Below, one piece after another: positions 38,046 through 47,310 of a stretch of 64,000 nt of DNA. Source of the DNA: an uncultured bacterium (GTDB lineage Bacteria > Patescibacteriota > Saccharimonadia > Saccharimonadales > 2-12-FULL-41-12); contig CAWIAU010000001.1 of assembly GCA_963834265.1 (NCBI GenBank), positions 199,572 to 263,571 of the forward strand, written 5' to 3'. The notes under the pieces are model-generated. The model was not told the origin of the DNA, made no database searches, and saw nothing but the letters and a program-made list of their open reading frames with translations. Position 1 is the stretch's first letter, and every line of letters starts with the position of its first letter. A program made the position numbers and the translations under genes.

Positions 38046-38396
38046 ATGTCCAAAACATACTTCCATGACAGGCTGGTTCTTCTGCTTTTGACGGTAAACG
38101 CGTTTTTGACAGTTGCGGGTATACTTATAGTTTCTCTGAATCTTGGCGATACATCAACGGCTTACACCATACGATATCTTCCGAATCTGAATATCCTGGA
38201 CAGGCAAAAGGTCGGCGGACTTGGTGAAATCCTGAGCTTTATAGGATTTATTGTCATGATCTTTGTCTTTCAGCTGGTTGTCAGCATGAAACTTTATCAT
38301 ATCCGTAAGCATGCGGCTCAGATCGTGCTTGTACTGAGCCTCATCCTGTTGGTTTATACCGTAATAGTCAGCTACTCATTATTGAACCTGCGTTAA
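38046..38396 (+). CDS. small polytopic membrane protein
   Basis: 116 aa with three predicted TM helices. Lies upstream of the GT2 gene. Confidence 0.6.
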   Translation: MSKTYFHDRLVLLLLTVNAFLTVAGILIVSLNLGDTSTAYTIRYLPNLNILDRQKVGGLGEILSFIGFIVMIFVFQLVVSMKLYHIRKHAAQIVLVLSLILLVYTVIVSYSLLNLR

Positions 38397-38415
38397 CAGA
38401 TTCAATTATTATCAT

Positions 38416-39993
38416 ATGAAACAAATAGAAATACCTTTCCAGAATGAAAAAACACGGTCTTATCTTTTCCTTGAGAAGATGCCGGCTATCCTGAGCTGGT
38501 CATTACTGGCGTTGCCATTTATTCTGAGCCAGGTAAGCCCGTTGCTCACGGTATTTTTCATTATCGGCTATCTGTTGATGTGGTTTATCCGGGCCATCGG
38601 CCTGAATGTCCGGGTGCTGCAGGGCTGGAATAATATGCAGCAGCATCAGAACCTGAACTGGACTCCGATGATTGAAGATATAGAGAACAGAACTGTCACA
38701 CAGACACTCCCGGACTGGCACGCACACAACATCGAAAGGCTGGAGAAATATCCGGCGCCAGTCCGCCCGGACCAGGTCGTACACGTCATCATGATTGCCG
38801 CCTATAACGAGGGCAGAGATGTGCTTGAACCTACCATTCAATCTGTTGTTGCCTCAAATTACGATATGAAAAAGGTTATATTGGTAATCGCATACGAAGC
38901 CAGGGACGGTGCACAATCAGAAGAGGCAAGTGAGGCACTGGTCGCAGAGTACGGTAATCAGTTTATGCATGCTATGGCCATCAAACACCCTCTGACTCCC
39001 GGAGAAGTACGTGGCAAGGGGGGCAATATAACTTATGCCGGCCGGATATTGCAGTCAAAGCTGGAAAAATGGGGCATTGAGCCGCGAAACGTGCAGGTAA
39101 CTACGCTCGATTCTGACAATCGTCCGCACCCCAACTATCTGGCCGCCCTGACGTATACATTCTGTCTCTGTAGAGAGCCCAAATATATCTCTTTCCAGCC
39201 GGTCGTTATGTACACCAATAATATATGGGATGCTCCGGCGCTGATGCGCGTGGTGGCTACCGGTAACTCCTTCTGGAATATTATCCTGACCATGCGGCCG
39301 CACCTGATTCGTAATTTCTCTTCGCACGCCCAGAGCATGGAAGCTTTGATCGATACCAATTTCTGGAGTGTGCGTACCATTGTCGAGGATGGCCACCAGT
39401 TCTGGCGGACGTATTTTCGTTACGACGGTAAGCACGAGGTTTACCCTATATACGTGCCAATCTATCAGGATGCTGTACTGGCCGAGGGCTACCGGCGTAC
39501 GCTGAAAGCCCAGTTTATACAGGTCCGGCGCTGGGCATGGGGCGCATCAGACATCGCTTATGTAGTTACCAAAGGGTTCCTGACTAAGAATAAACTGCCT
39601 AAAACGGACCTGCTGGCCAAGACATTACGCCTGATCGAAGGTCACGTCAGCTGGGCCACAGCCCCCCTTATCCTGACGTTCTCAGCCTTTATCCCGATAC
39701 TATTCAATCCTGATGTTCAGGCCGCTATACTGTTGCCTAACACCGCCAGTTCTATACAAAGGGTGGCTATGGTTGGACTTCTTATAACAATGTTCCTGAG
39801 CTTTAAGGCATTACCGCCCAAACCCCAGCGTTACAGACGTCGCCGGACGTTCTTTATGGTCATACAGTGGGGTTTCCTGCCGTTTACCAGCATCGTATAT
39901 AGCTCATTTGCAGCACTGAATTCTCAGACCAGACTTTTCTTCGGTCGTTATCTGGATAAGTTCGATGTGACAGAAAAAGCTGTCAAGAAGTAG
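38416..39993 (+). CDS. membrane glycosyltransferase family 2 (processive synthase-like)
   Basis: IMIAAYNE, TTLDSDN (DxD) and QVRRWAWG (QxxRW) motifs with flanking TM helices. Confidence 0.82.
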   Translation: MKQIEIPFQNEKTRSYLFLEKMPAILSWSLLALPFILSQVSPLLTVFFIIGYLLMWFIRAIGLNVRVLQGWNNMQQHQNLNWTPMIEDIENRTVTQTLPDWHAHNIERLEKYPAPVRPDQVVHVIMIAAYNEGRDVLEPTIQSVVASNYDMKKVILVIAYEARDGAQSEEASEALVAEYGNQFMHAMAIKHPLTPGEVRGKGGNITYAGRILQSKLEKWGIEPRNVQVTTLDSDNRPHPNYLAALTYTFCLCREPKYISFQPVVMYTNNIWDAPALMRVVATGNSFWNIILTMRPHLIRNFSSHAQSMEALIDTNFWSVRTIVEDGHQFWRTYFRYDGKHEVYPIYVPIYQDAVLAEGYRRTLKAQFIQVRRWAWGASDIAYVVTKGFLTKNKLPKTDLLAKTLRLIEGHVSWATAPLILTFSAFIPILFNPDVQAAILLPNTASSIQRVAMVGLLITMFLSFKALPPKPQRYRRRRTFFMVIQWGFLPFTSIVYSSFAALNSQTRLFFGRYLDKFDVTEKAVKK

Positions 39994-40163
39994 CTCGCGC
40001 TTGTGCACCAGCCAGCCTGCTCTCTGACAAAGTCAGAGACACCGCTGTCTTCTTGGTACCCTGCGCAATTTTCTATTGCGATACTCGTTCACCGTACTAA
40101 TGTACGGCTTTCTGCGTTTCTCAAAGAGAAATCGCACAGGATACTCAAGTGCAAAAGTGCGAC

Positions 40164-40565
40164 TTAACGATGGTGGGCGCGGTAGTAGACGGCGGCAGCA
40201 CTATCGAATCGCTCTAATACTTCTTGTGTGCACCCAAAAATAACGGCCGTAGACAGGATACCAGCCTCTATAAGAGGTATTAGTCGTGTCGTAATAGTCC
40301 CGCTGAGCTCTCCAGCGTCTTTCAGAGCTGTTTTACGATGGCTCAGGCTTTCATACAGGCTTATGAATAACTTGTCGCGGCTAAAGAGCTCCAGAGTGTT
40401 TTCAGACATTTTTACGCGGACAGCTTCTCCCATATCCACTGATTCCCGGGTTGTAACTATTGCCTGGCAGTTCGGACAACTTCTTCGACGCCAAACCTGA
40501 TATCCGTTGTGCGTGGCACGGGAATTGTTTGTAGAGGTCCTGGACCGGCAATAAATACATACCAT
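40164..40565 (-). CDS. nrdR: NrdR-like transcriptional repressor (zinc ribbon plus ATP-cone)
   Basis: N-terminal CxxC...CxxC (CIYCRS...CPNCQ) plus VTTRE, followed by an ATP-cone-like region. Short at 133 aa. Confidence 0.7.
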   Translation of the reverse strand: MVCIYCRSRTSTNNSRATHNGYQVWRRRSCPNCQAIVTTRESVDMGEAVRVKMSENTLELFSRDKLFISLYESLSHRKTALKDAGELSGTITTRLIPLIEAGILSTAVIFGCTQEVLERFDSAAAVYYRAHHR

Positions 40566-40704
40566 GACAATATGTTGACATACAGCTGTTTAAAATACCA
40601 GTGGAAAAGTAAATAAATCAGGGGACATTTGCTCAGATGAAGCAGTTCTATGGGCAGCTAAAGAGCTATGCAGAGTTTGCTTAAGAGCAGTTTAATAAGG
40701 CCAG

Positions 40705-40971
40705 TTAAACCTGAACCCGTTTGATACGGGTAATCGGCTTGGTAGGGCGCAACTCTTCATAAAAAAGCTTAAATTCACCCAAAGCCTGACTGAACTTACC
40801 AGGAACCACGGTGTCATCAGATCCATCCGGGAGTGGTTCAAAAGGTCTTTTATCTGAGGGAAGAGTATCTGTAGATACTATGACAGCAGTAAAAAGACTA
40901 TTGGACACCTCCGGTGAATCCGGAATAGCAGGGATTTCGGGTAAATTCAGTTTAACAGTTTTGATTCTCAA
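40705..40971 (-). CDS. hypothetical protein
   Basis: 88-aa ORF with no recognisable motif. Confidence 0.4.
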   Translation of the reverse strand: MRIKTVKLNLPEIPAIPDSPEVSNSLFTAVIVSTDTLPSDKRPFEPLPDGSDDTVVPGKFSQALGEFKLFYEELRPTKPITRIKRVQV

Positions 40972-41089
40972 AAAATGCTCTCATTAACACGCTTATGTTA
41001 ACACAAAACATTAGCAAAGTCAATATTATGCATATGCATGACACCTTAAAATAAAAATATTCTGATGGAATACAGGATATTTCGTTATG

Positions 41090-41166
41090 CTGGTGGGCAA
41101 TATAGGATTCGAACCTATCACCTCCACAACGTCAATGTGGCGCTCTAGCCAAATGAGCTAATTGCC
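41090..41166 (-). tRNA. tRNA-Val (anticodon GAC), CCA encoded
   Basis: Hand fold: acceptor GGGCAAT/ATTGCCC, anticodon arm CCACA-TTGACGT-TGTGG, T arm ATAGG-TTCGAAT-CCTAT. Confidence 0.92.
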
Positions 41167-41404
41167 CTTATACAACAGATTAAAGAATAGCTAAATACAA
41201 CAGAAATGTAAACAGAGGCAGAATAATGTAAATAATACAATAACTTAATACTAGCCACATAGTACTAACCTTGCTATCATAGTACTCGTGGGTGGGATTT
41301 TGCTAGGTGTTTTAGCAAAACGAGAAAATGTCGTGTCTGATTGCGAGAAGACGCGACATTTTTTGTTTAATCAGAAAACAACACCTATAGATCTGATATA
41401 CTGA

Positions 41405-41565
41405 TAATCAAGCAATGAAGTGGCCTCACCAACCATTGAGCTTCGTAGGAGTGGCAACAGAGGTACGTTAACCAATGTCGCAAGAGAAAGGCTGAGGTGG
41501 AACCTCCCGAAACGGGACCGAAGCACGCATGGAAAGTAATTTCCTGGGTGTTTTTTATTTTTAAT
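41405..41565 (+). promoter_or_regulatory. candidate T-box leader (Thr-specific) of thrS
   Basis: GAGG-UGGAACC-UCCCG(AAA)CGGGA at 41494-41517 matches the T-box antiterminator layout (helix, 7-nt UGGNACC bulge, helix). The UGGA bulge complements the UCCA 3' end of the tRNA-Thr in this window. ACC-A candidate specifiers lie at 41428, 41432 and 41471. A hairpin plus T-run follows at 41524-41565. Confidence 0.5.
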
Positions 41566-41588
41566 CCACTTAAGGCATAGGGAAGTTT

Positions 41589-43361
41589 ATGATCGAAAAT
41601 AATAATAGTATCGAAGCGGTAAGGCACAGCCTGTCTCATCTGTTAGCGTATAGTGTCAAACAGCTGTATCCGGGTAGCCGGAATGCCATCGGGCCAGCTG
41701 TAGAGAACGGTTTTTATCAGGACTTCGAAGTAGAGGGGGTACTCGGCGAGGAAGATCTTTCAAAGATAGAAGAAAAAATGAGAGAAGTACTGAAGACGTG
41801 GCAGGGTTTTGAGCGAAAAGAAGTGGATATGAATGAGGCTTTGGAGATTTTCGCTGACAACAAATACAAGCAGGAGCTCGTAAGGGAGTTCGCAGAGGGC
41901 GGGAAAACGCTGTCAGTTTATACATCCGGAGATTTTGTGGATCTCTGTAAAGGAGGCCACGTCGAGGATATCAGCTCTATTAACCCAGCCGGCTTTAAGC
42001 TCACGAAAACAGCCGGTGCTTACTGGAGAGGTAACGAAAAGAACCTGATGCTGACCCGTGTATACGGAGTAGCCTTCGGTGATGCAAAACAACTACGGAA
42101 ACACCTGGAAATGCTGGAAGAAGCCAAAAAGCGTGACCACCGCAAGCTTGGCCAGGAGCTGGATCTGTTCGTTATTTCTGACCTGGTTGGGCCGGGATTA
42201 CCACTGTTCACCCCCCGCGGAACGGTTCTGCGCAATGAGCTGGTTAAATTTTCTGAGGAATTACAGCGGGCTGCCGGTTACGAAGCTGTCTGGGCGCCGC
42301 ATATAACCAAAGTTGATCTCTATAAGAAATCCGGCCACTATGATAAGTACCCGGAGCGTTTCGACGTCTCCAGCATCGAGTCGACAGATAATTTCATGAT
42401 GAAACCCATGAATTGCCCGCATGTGACCCAGATATATGCCAGTCGCCCCCGTAGTTACCGCGACCTGCCGCTACGCTACATGGAGACAACGACAATGTAC
42501 AGAGACGAAAAAAGCGGAGAATTACATGGCTTGTCGCGCGTGCGATCTCTGACGCAGGACGACTCCCATGCCTTTGTCCGTCATGACCAGATCGAGGCTG
42601 AATTCCTGGCTGTCCTGTCAATCGTTAAACAGATGTACGCAGTGCTGGATATGCCGCTCAGCGTGGATCTGTCATTCCGGGATGATAGTGATAACTATTT
42701 CGGTGAGGCAAAGTTGTGGGGCGAGGCTCAGCAGATTATCGAGAAAGTGGCTAAGTCTGAAGAGTTAAACTACAAAATTGAGCCAGGTGAAGCGGCTTTC
42801 TATGGTCCTAAGATTGATATCTATGTTTCCGATGCTTTGGGGCGACGCTGGCAGTGCGCCACTGTTCAGCTCGACTATGTTATGCCGGAGCGATTCGAGC
42901 TGGAGTACGTCGATCAAGAGGGTAATAAACAGCGGCCTGCCATGGTTCATAAGGCTATTCTGGGTTCGATTGAACGATTCCTCAGTGTCTATATCGAACA
43001 TACCGCCGGCAAATTTCCTGTCTGGCTGGCACCTGAACAAATACGTGTAATTACGGTCAATCAGGAAGAAGCGACTATTGCACTCGCCGCTAAAATACTG
43101 GACCAGTGCCGTGAGTCGGGACTCAGAGCCACTGTTGATAACGATAATGAGTCTGTCGGCAAAAAGATCCGTAGTTCTGAGCTCTGGAAAATACCATATA
43201 CGCTGGTCATAGGTGAGAAAGAGATTGAAAGCGGACGGGTAATGCCGAGAATACGCGGTGATCTGGTTGCCGGTGAAACTCATACGGATCATACAATCGA
43301 AGATTTCCTGAGCATCGTAGAAAATGAGACCAAAAATCGCGTCAATAAGTCGTCTTTATGA
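41589..43361 (+). CDS. thrS: threonine--tRNA ligase (no N-terminal TGS domain)
   Basis: 590 aa. It starts directly in the editing domain (RHSLSHLLAYSVKQLYP), followed by class II motifs and an anticodon-binding domain. Confidence 0.93.
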   Translation: MIENNNSIEAVRHSLSHLLAYSVKQLYPGSRNAIGPAVENGFYQDFEVEGVLGEEDLSKIEEKMREVLKTWQGFERKEVDMNEALEIFADNKYKQELVREFAEGGKTLSVYTSGDFVDLCKGGHVEDISSINPAGFKLTKTAGAYWRGNEKNLMLTRVYGVAFGDAKQLRKHLEMLEEAKKRDHRKLGQELDLFVISDLVGPGLPLFTPRGTVLRNELVKFSEELQRAAGYEAVWAPHITKVDLYKKSGHYDKYPERFDVSSIESTDNFMMKPMNCPHVTQIYASRPRSYRDLPLRYMETTTMYRDEKSGELHGLSRVRSLTQDDSHAFVRHDQIEAEFLAVLSIVKQMYAVLDMPLSVDLSFRDDSDNYFGEAKLWGEAQQIIEKVAKSEELNYKIEPGEAAFYGPKIDIYVSDALGRRWQCATVQLDYVMPERFELEYVDQEGNKQRPAMVHKAILGSIERFLSVYIEHTAGKFPVWLAPEQIRVITVNQEEATIALAAKILDQCRESGLRATVDNDNESVGKKIRSSELWKIPYTLVIGEKEIESGRVMPRIRGDLVAGETHTDHTIEDFLSIVENETKNRVNKSSL

Positions 43362-43439
43362 GTCCCGTCAGAACTTTACCATGCAGAATCCAGATCCTGA
43401 GCTGTGATCTGAATATAAGATTAAGGAAGTTCTAACGGG

Positions 43440-43754
43440 ATGAGCGAAGAATCAAATTTTGCCGGGAGGGTGAACCATGTTGTGGCCCAGATACCTGCGG
43501 GCAGGGTCATGACCTACGGCCAGATAGCCGGAATGTGTGGCAATGCCGCCGCCGCTCGTATTGTGGGTGGTATTGCTCACTTCGGCAATCCAGATATTCC
43601 GTGGCAGCGGGTCGTCAATAAGTCGGGCGGTCTTGCCTCCGGCTATCCGGGAGGACGCCAGGGACATAAAGCTGCATTAGAGGAGGAAGGTATAGAAGTT
43701 TCTGAAGATTATCGGATAGAAATAGACAAACTACTATGGCAGCCCCTGTTGTAG
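43440..43754 (+). CDS. alkyltransferase-like (ATL/MGMT-family DNA-binding) protein
   Basis: MGMT C-terminal fold (GRVMTYGQIA...) with PWQRV in place of the catalytic PCHRV, so the Cys is replaced by Trp as in ATL proteins. Confidence 0.75.
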   Translation: MSEESNFAGRVNHVVAQIPAGRVMTYGQIAGMCGNAAAARIVGGIAHFGNPDIPWQRVVNKSGGLASGYPGGRQGHKAALEEEGIEVSEDYRIEIDKLLWQPLL

Positions 43755-44605
43755 CGATTGTCGGACAGACAGCCAGCGGCAAGTCAGATCTGGCTATGAG
43801 ACTTGCCGGGCAATTCGACGGCGAGATTATCTGCGCTGATTCAAGGACTATATATAAGGGCATGGATATCGGTACCGCCAAGCCATCAGAGAAGGACCAG
43901 CAATTGGTTCCACATCATGGGCTGGATCTGATCACACCGAACGAATATTTTTCGGCTGCTGCATTCAAAGATCTTGCCACGTCAAAAGTTAACGATATTC
44001 AGAAGCGGGGCAGGTTGCCGATAATCGTGGGCGGTACGGGACTTTATATAGACGGATTTATTTATAATTATAATTTCCAGGCTCCTGTTAGTAGCTTAAC
44101 AAGATCAGAGCTCGAAGCGCTGAGCCTGCATGAACTGCACGAACGGGCACGGGCATTAGGTATCGACGAAGGGCAGACAGACTACAAGAATTACCGGCAT
44201 TTGAGTCGGGCGGTAGAGCGCGGTAATATCAACCCGGAGCGTCATCCTTTGCCGGAAAACGTTTTGATAATCGGACTCAAAATAGAGGCTGAACAGCTAA
44301 AAGAACGTATAGCACGGCGGGTGGATACAATGTTTGATATGGGTTTTGTGAAAGAATCTCAGAATCTGATAAGCATATATGGTGCCGATGCACCCGGCTT
44401 GCTAACACCAGGCTATAAAGCTGCACTCAGGTATATATCAGGGGAGATTACGCTGGAAACGGCAAAGGAAGAGTTCAGACGAAATGACAAACATCTTGCC
44501 AAACGCCAAATGACATGGTTCAAACGTAATCTGGATATTATATGGGTTCAGTCTGATGTTCAGGCAATTCAAGTCGTAAAAACTTTCTTACCCGGTAGAT
44601 ATTAA
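43736..44605 (+). CDS. miaA: tRNA dimethylallyltransferase
   Basis: P-loop GQTASGKS and ICADSRTIYKGMDIGTAKP are MiaA signatures. Overlaps the upstream gene by 19 nt. Confidence 0.9.
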   Translation: MAAPVVAIVGQTASGKSDLAMRLAGQFDGEIICADSRTIYKGMDIGTAKPSEKDQQLVPHHGLDLITPNEYFSAAAFKDLATSKVNDIQKRGRLPIIVGGTGLYIDGFIYNYNFQAPVSSLTRSELEALSLHELHERARALGIDEGQTDYKNYRHLSRAVERGNINPERHPLPENVLIIGLKIEAEQLKERIARRVDTMFDMGFVKESQNLISIYGADAPGLLTPGYKAALRYISGEITLETAKEEFRRNDKHLAKRQMTWFKRNLDIIWVQSDVQAIQVVKTFLPGRY

Positions 44606-44634
44606 TTAGTTCTCAGGTTTGCTACAATAGGATA

Positions 44635-45228
44635 ATGATCGAACAACTCTTTGGGTCCAAGACGCGGGTTAAGTTATTGCAAATGTTCTACAGTAATCCC
44701 AACAGGTCTTTTTATGTGCGTGAAATTACCCGCAAAATTGATGAGCAGATCAACTCAGTCCGTCGTGAACTTGCGAATCTGCTGAGTATCGGTATTATCA
44801 AATCGGAGGATAATAGTAATAAGCTGTATTATGAAGTCAATCAGAAGTATGAATACTATGCGCCGCTCCAGGCAATATTCGGAGAGGACGGCGCCGTCAA
44901 AGCAGCCGATGCAGCAGTAGAAGAGGACGCCGGCCTGAAAGCACTTGGCAGAGTAGACCTGGCGCTTTATACCGGCCAGTTTACCCGCGACGACAGAAGT
45001 GGTGTAGACTTCCTCGTCGTTGGTGACATCAACCAGACCCAGTTAACCAAATATATGGCAGAGCTCGAGAAAAAAGAAGGCAAGGAACTACGCTACGCTA
45101 CTATGACCATGAAAGAGTTTCAATATCGTCAGCAACTTAATGACCGCTTCCTTGGGGATGTGTATTCCGCAAAGAAGCAGATCCTGATCGACAAAGACAA
45201 AATATTTACAGAAACCGAAACAGAATAA
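44635..45228 (+). CDS. winged-helix (ArsR-like) transcriptional regulator
   Basis: N-terminal HTH (KTRVKLLQMFYSNPNRSFYVREITRKIDEQINSVRRELANL). Confidence 0.6.
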   Translation: MIEQLFGSKTRVKLLQMFYSNPNRSFYVREITRKIDEQINSVRRELANLLSIGIIKSEDNSNKLYYEVNQKYEYYAPLQAIFGEDGAVKAADAAVEEDAGLKALGRVDLALYTGQFTRDDRSGVDFLVVGDINQTQLTKYMAELEKKEGKELRYATMTMKEFQYRQQLNDRFLGDVYSAKKQILIDKDKIFTETETE

Positions 45229-45229
45229 A

Positions 45230-45862
45230 ATGGAATTAGAGTATTACGGCGGTAACTGTGTCAGAATTACGTCTAAAAAAGCGACCATTGTTATAGACGA
45301 TAATCTGCTGGCACTCGGCAAACAGAGCATTATTAAGCAGGGAGACATAGCGCTCTATACCAATAACAACATAGATAGTAAGCAAAATCCGGAGGGTCAA
45401 TTCGTTATAGACATGCCGGGCGAGTATGAAGTGTCGGACATTTCGATTATAGGCGTATCAGCGCGGGCGCACATGGACGAGCCGGGAGTACGAAGCTCTA
45501 CGATTTATCGCCTTACTATCAATGATGTCCGGATAGCCATAGCCGGCCATATCTATCCTGAACTTACCGACGATGAGCTGGAAACCCTCGGCACTATTGA
45601 TATATTAGTTATACCGGTTGGTGGAAATGGCTTCACGCTGGACGGTCTCGGTGCTCTGAAGATAATCAAAAAGATAGAACCCGGCATTGTCATTCCTACG
45701 AACTATGCCGACAAAGGTCTGAAGTACGAAGTACCGGCAGCAGATCTGGAAACAGCGCTCAAAGGTCTGTCTATGGAACCCGCTGAAACAGTCGACAAAC
45801 TAAAGATCAAGTCCCGCGAGTTTAGCGACACAACCCAGCTGGTCGTTTTGGAACGACAATAG
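45230..45862 (+). CDS. MBL-fold protein lacking an obvious HxHxDH motif
   Basis: 210 aa with the MELEYYGGNCVRI...VIDD beta-lactamase-fold pattern. The function is not assignable. Confidence 0.5.
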   Translation: MELEYYGGNCVRITSKKATIVIDDNLLALGKQSIIKQGDIALYTNNNIDSKQNPEGQFVIDMPGEYEVSDISIIGVSARAHMDEPGVRSSTIYRLTINDVRIAIAGHIYPELTDDELETLGTIDILVIPVGGNGFTLDGLGALKIIKKIEPGIVIPTNYADKGLKYEVPAADLETALKGLSMEPAETVDKLKIKSREFSDTTQLVVLERQ

Positions 45863-45868
45863 TACAGC

Positions 45869-45927
45869 AGGTTACAGCAAAAAAGAAGTTTCTTTAACGG
45901 TCATCTGTAACCTGTTTGCTGTAACCT
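45869..45927. terminator. bidirectional terminator hairpin between convergent genes
   Basis: 13-bp stem AGGTTACAGCAAA / TTTGCTGTAACCT enclosing a smaller AAAGAA-GT-TTCTTT hairpin. Lies between the MBL-fold gene and rpmB. Confidence 0.55.
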
Positions 45928-45930
45928 ACT

Positions 45931-46119
45931 TTAAAGCAGGCCTTTTTTGCGAAGAGTGCGGATAGCAGCTGTGCTGACTTTGAGCTTTACCTTTTTGCCG
46001 TCGACGACAACAGTCTTTGTCTGTAGATTTGGTTTCCAGACTTTATTTGTGCGGCGCAGGCTGAAGCTGACGTTATGGCCGTATTGTTTGCCCTTACCGG
46101 TGATGTCGCATTTTTGCAT
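45931..46119 (-). CDS. rpmB: 50S ribosomal protein L28
   Basis: MQKCDITGKGKQYGHNVSFSLRRTNKVWKPNLQ is the L28 signature. Confidence 0.93.
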   Translation of the reverse strand: MQKCDITGKGKQYGHNVSFSLRRTNKVWKPNLQTKTVVVDGKKVKLKVSTAAIRTLRKKGLL

Positions 46120-46174
46120 AGAAGATAATTGTATCTTAATAACAGATAAGAGTCAATGGTTTATACTATAGACC

Positions 46175-46798
46175 ATGCTTGAGAATCTGGATGTTGCGAC
46201 TATCATAATCGTGTTCGTATGTTTGGTGATCGCTATTACCATACATGAGGCGATGCATGCCTTTACCAGCCACTGGCTGGGAGATGATACGGCGCACAGA
46301 GAAGGACGTATTTCACTTAATCCGATCCGGCACGTGGACCCTTTTGCGACCTTGCTTTTGCCTATGATCACACTGGTACTATTCCATGTGCCTTTGCTTG
46401 CGGCCAAGCCGGTACCATTCAATCCTAACAGAGTAAAATATGAGGAGTTTGGTGCTGCAATGGTAGCATTGGTCGGTCCACTGACAAACCTGGTTCTTGC
46501 AATATTCGCAGCATTGTTCCTGCATATCTTTCAGGGTTCACTGGGGTTGGAGGGGATACGAATTGTGAGTATCTTTATGTTTATAAACGTCGGCCTGTTT
46601 GTATTTAACATGATTCCTATTCCTCCTCTCGATGGATCCCGTGTGCTGTACGCTGTTGCCCCTGAACCGGTACAGAACTTTATGGCGCAGCTCGAGCAGT
46701 TCGGTATATTCATTGTGTTTGGACTCGTGTTGGCGGTTCCGGCATTCGGCGAATTTATATCCGAGCTCAATAATCAAGTCATCCAGTTCCTGATTTGA
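46175..46798 (+). CDS. site-2 protease family (M50) membrane metalloprotease
   Basis: HEAMH (HExxH) in the first TM helix and a downstream LDG motif. 207 aa, polytopic. Confidence 0.85.
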   Translation: MLENLDVATIIIVFVCLVIAITIHEAMHAFTSHWLGDDTAHREGRISLNPIRHVDPFATLLLPMITLVLFHVPLLAAKPVPFNPNRVKYEEFGAAMVALVGPLTNLVLAIFAALFLHIFQGSLGLEGIRIVSIFMFINVGLFVFNMIPIPPLDGSRVLYAVAPEPVQNFMAQLEQFGIFIVFGLVLAVPAFGEFISELNNQVIQFLI

Positions 46799-46995
46799 GA
46801 TATAATAATAAATGGCTGGGACGGGCAGCCGGCGAATGATTATCTTAATAGTTATTAGATTAGGGAAGTCAATATTTATACCGGCCGTGGCTGGTATGTG
46901 AGATTACCCACTTGGTATTGCCAGGGTTAATCTAGCCGGTCCGACCTGGCTTTTTAGTGAAAAAAATCGGGGTGTAGCTTAGTTGCCATCCGCGT

Positions 46996-47091
46996 GCGGC
47001 TGGGGTGAGCTAAGCCAGTGGCAGTCTGCAAACGAGTCAACTCTTGCAGACTGGTTTGCAAATATGTTGCGACGGGGTCGCGGAACGTGAC
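46996..47091 (+). repeat. 96-nt element, copy 1 (tRNA-Pro locus)
   Basis: Ungapped hand alignment with 47215-47310 gives 65/96 identities. Conserved blocks are GGCTGGGGTGAG, AGCCAGTGGC, ACTGGTT, CGGGGTCGC and GTGAC. Confidence 0.7.
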
Positions 47092-47123
47092 CGGGATTAC
47101 CTTAAAAGTTATTATTATGCCAT

Positions 47124-47199
47124 CGGGGATTGGCGCAGTTGGTAGCGCGCACGGCTGGGGGTCGTGAGGTCGCTGGTTCGAATCCAGTATCCCCGACCA
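47124..47199 (+). tRNA. tRNA-Pro (anticodon GGG), CCA encoded
   Basis: Hand fold: acceptor CGGGGAT/ATCCCCG, D arm GCGC-AGTTGGTA-GCGC, anticodon arm CACGG-CTGGGGG-TCGTG, T arm GCTGG-TTCGAAT-CCAGT. Confidence 0.92.
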
Positions 47200-47214
47200 A
47201 TATTTTATGAAATC

Positions 47215-47310
47215 CAGGCTGGGGTGAGGTGAGCCAGTGGCTCACCGCAAGGAAACCTTCCGATGCCAACTGGTTGGCAATAGTGAAGTTTCGGGGTCGC
47301 CGAAGGTGAC
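47215..47310 (+). repeat. 96-nt element, copy 2 (tRNA-Pro locus)
   Basis: Same length as copy 1 and collinear with it, 219 nt downstream. Runs directly into a tRNA-Pro-like T-arm/acceptor/CCA. Confidence 0.7.

Noticed and set aside
46800-46965. A structured GC-rich stretch after the M50 protease gene, considered as SRP (4.5S) RNA or 6S RNA.
   Set aside because: I could not find the conserved SRP domain IV motif (GGAA tetraloop with flanking AGCA / A-G-G loop) or a 6S-like central bubble. It is probably a terminator plus the leader of the tRNA cluster. It would need an Infernal scan.
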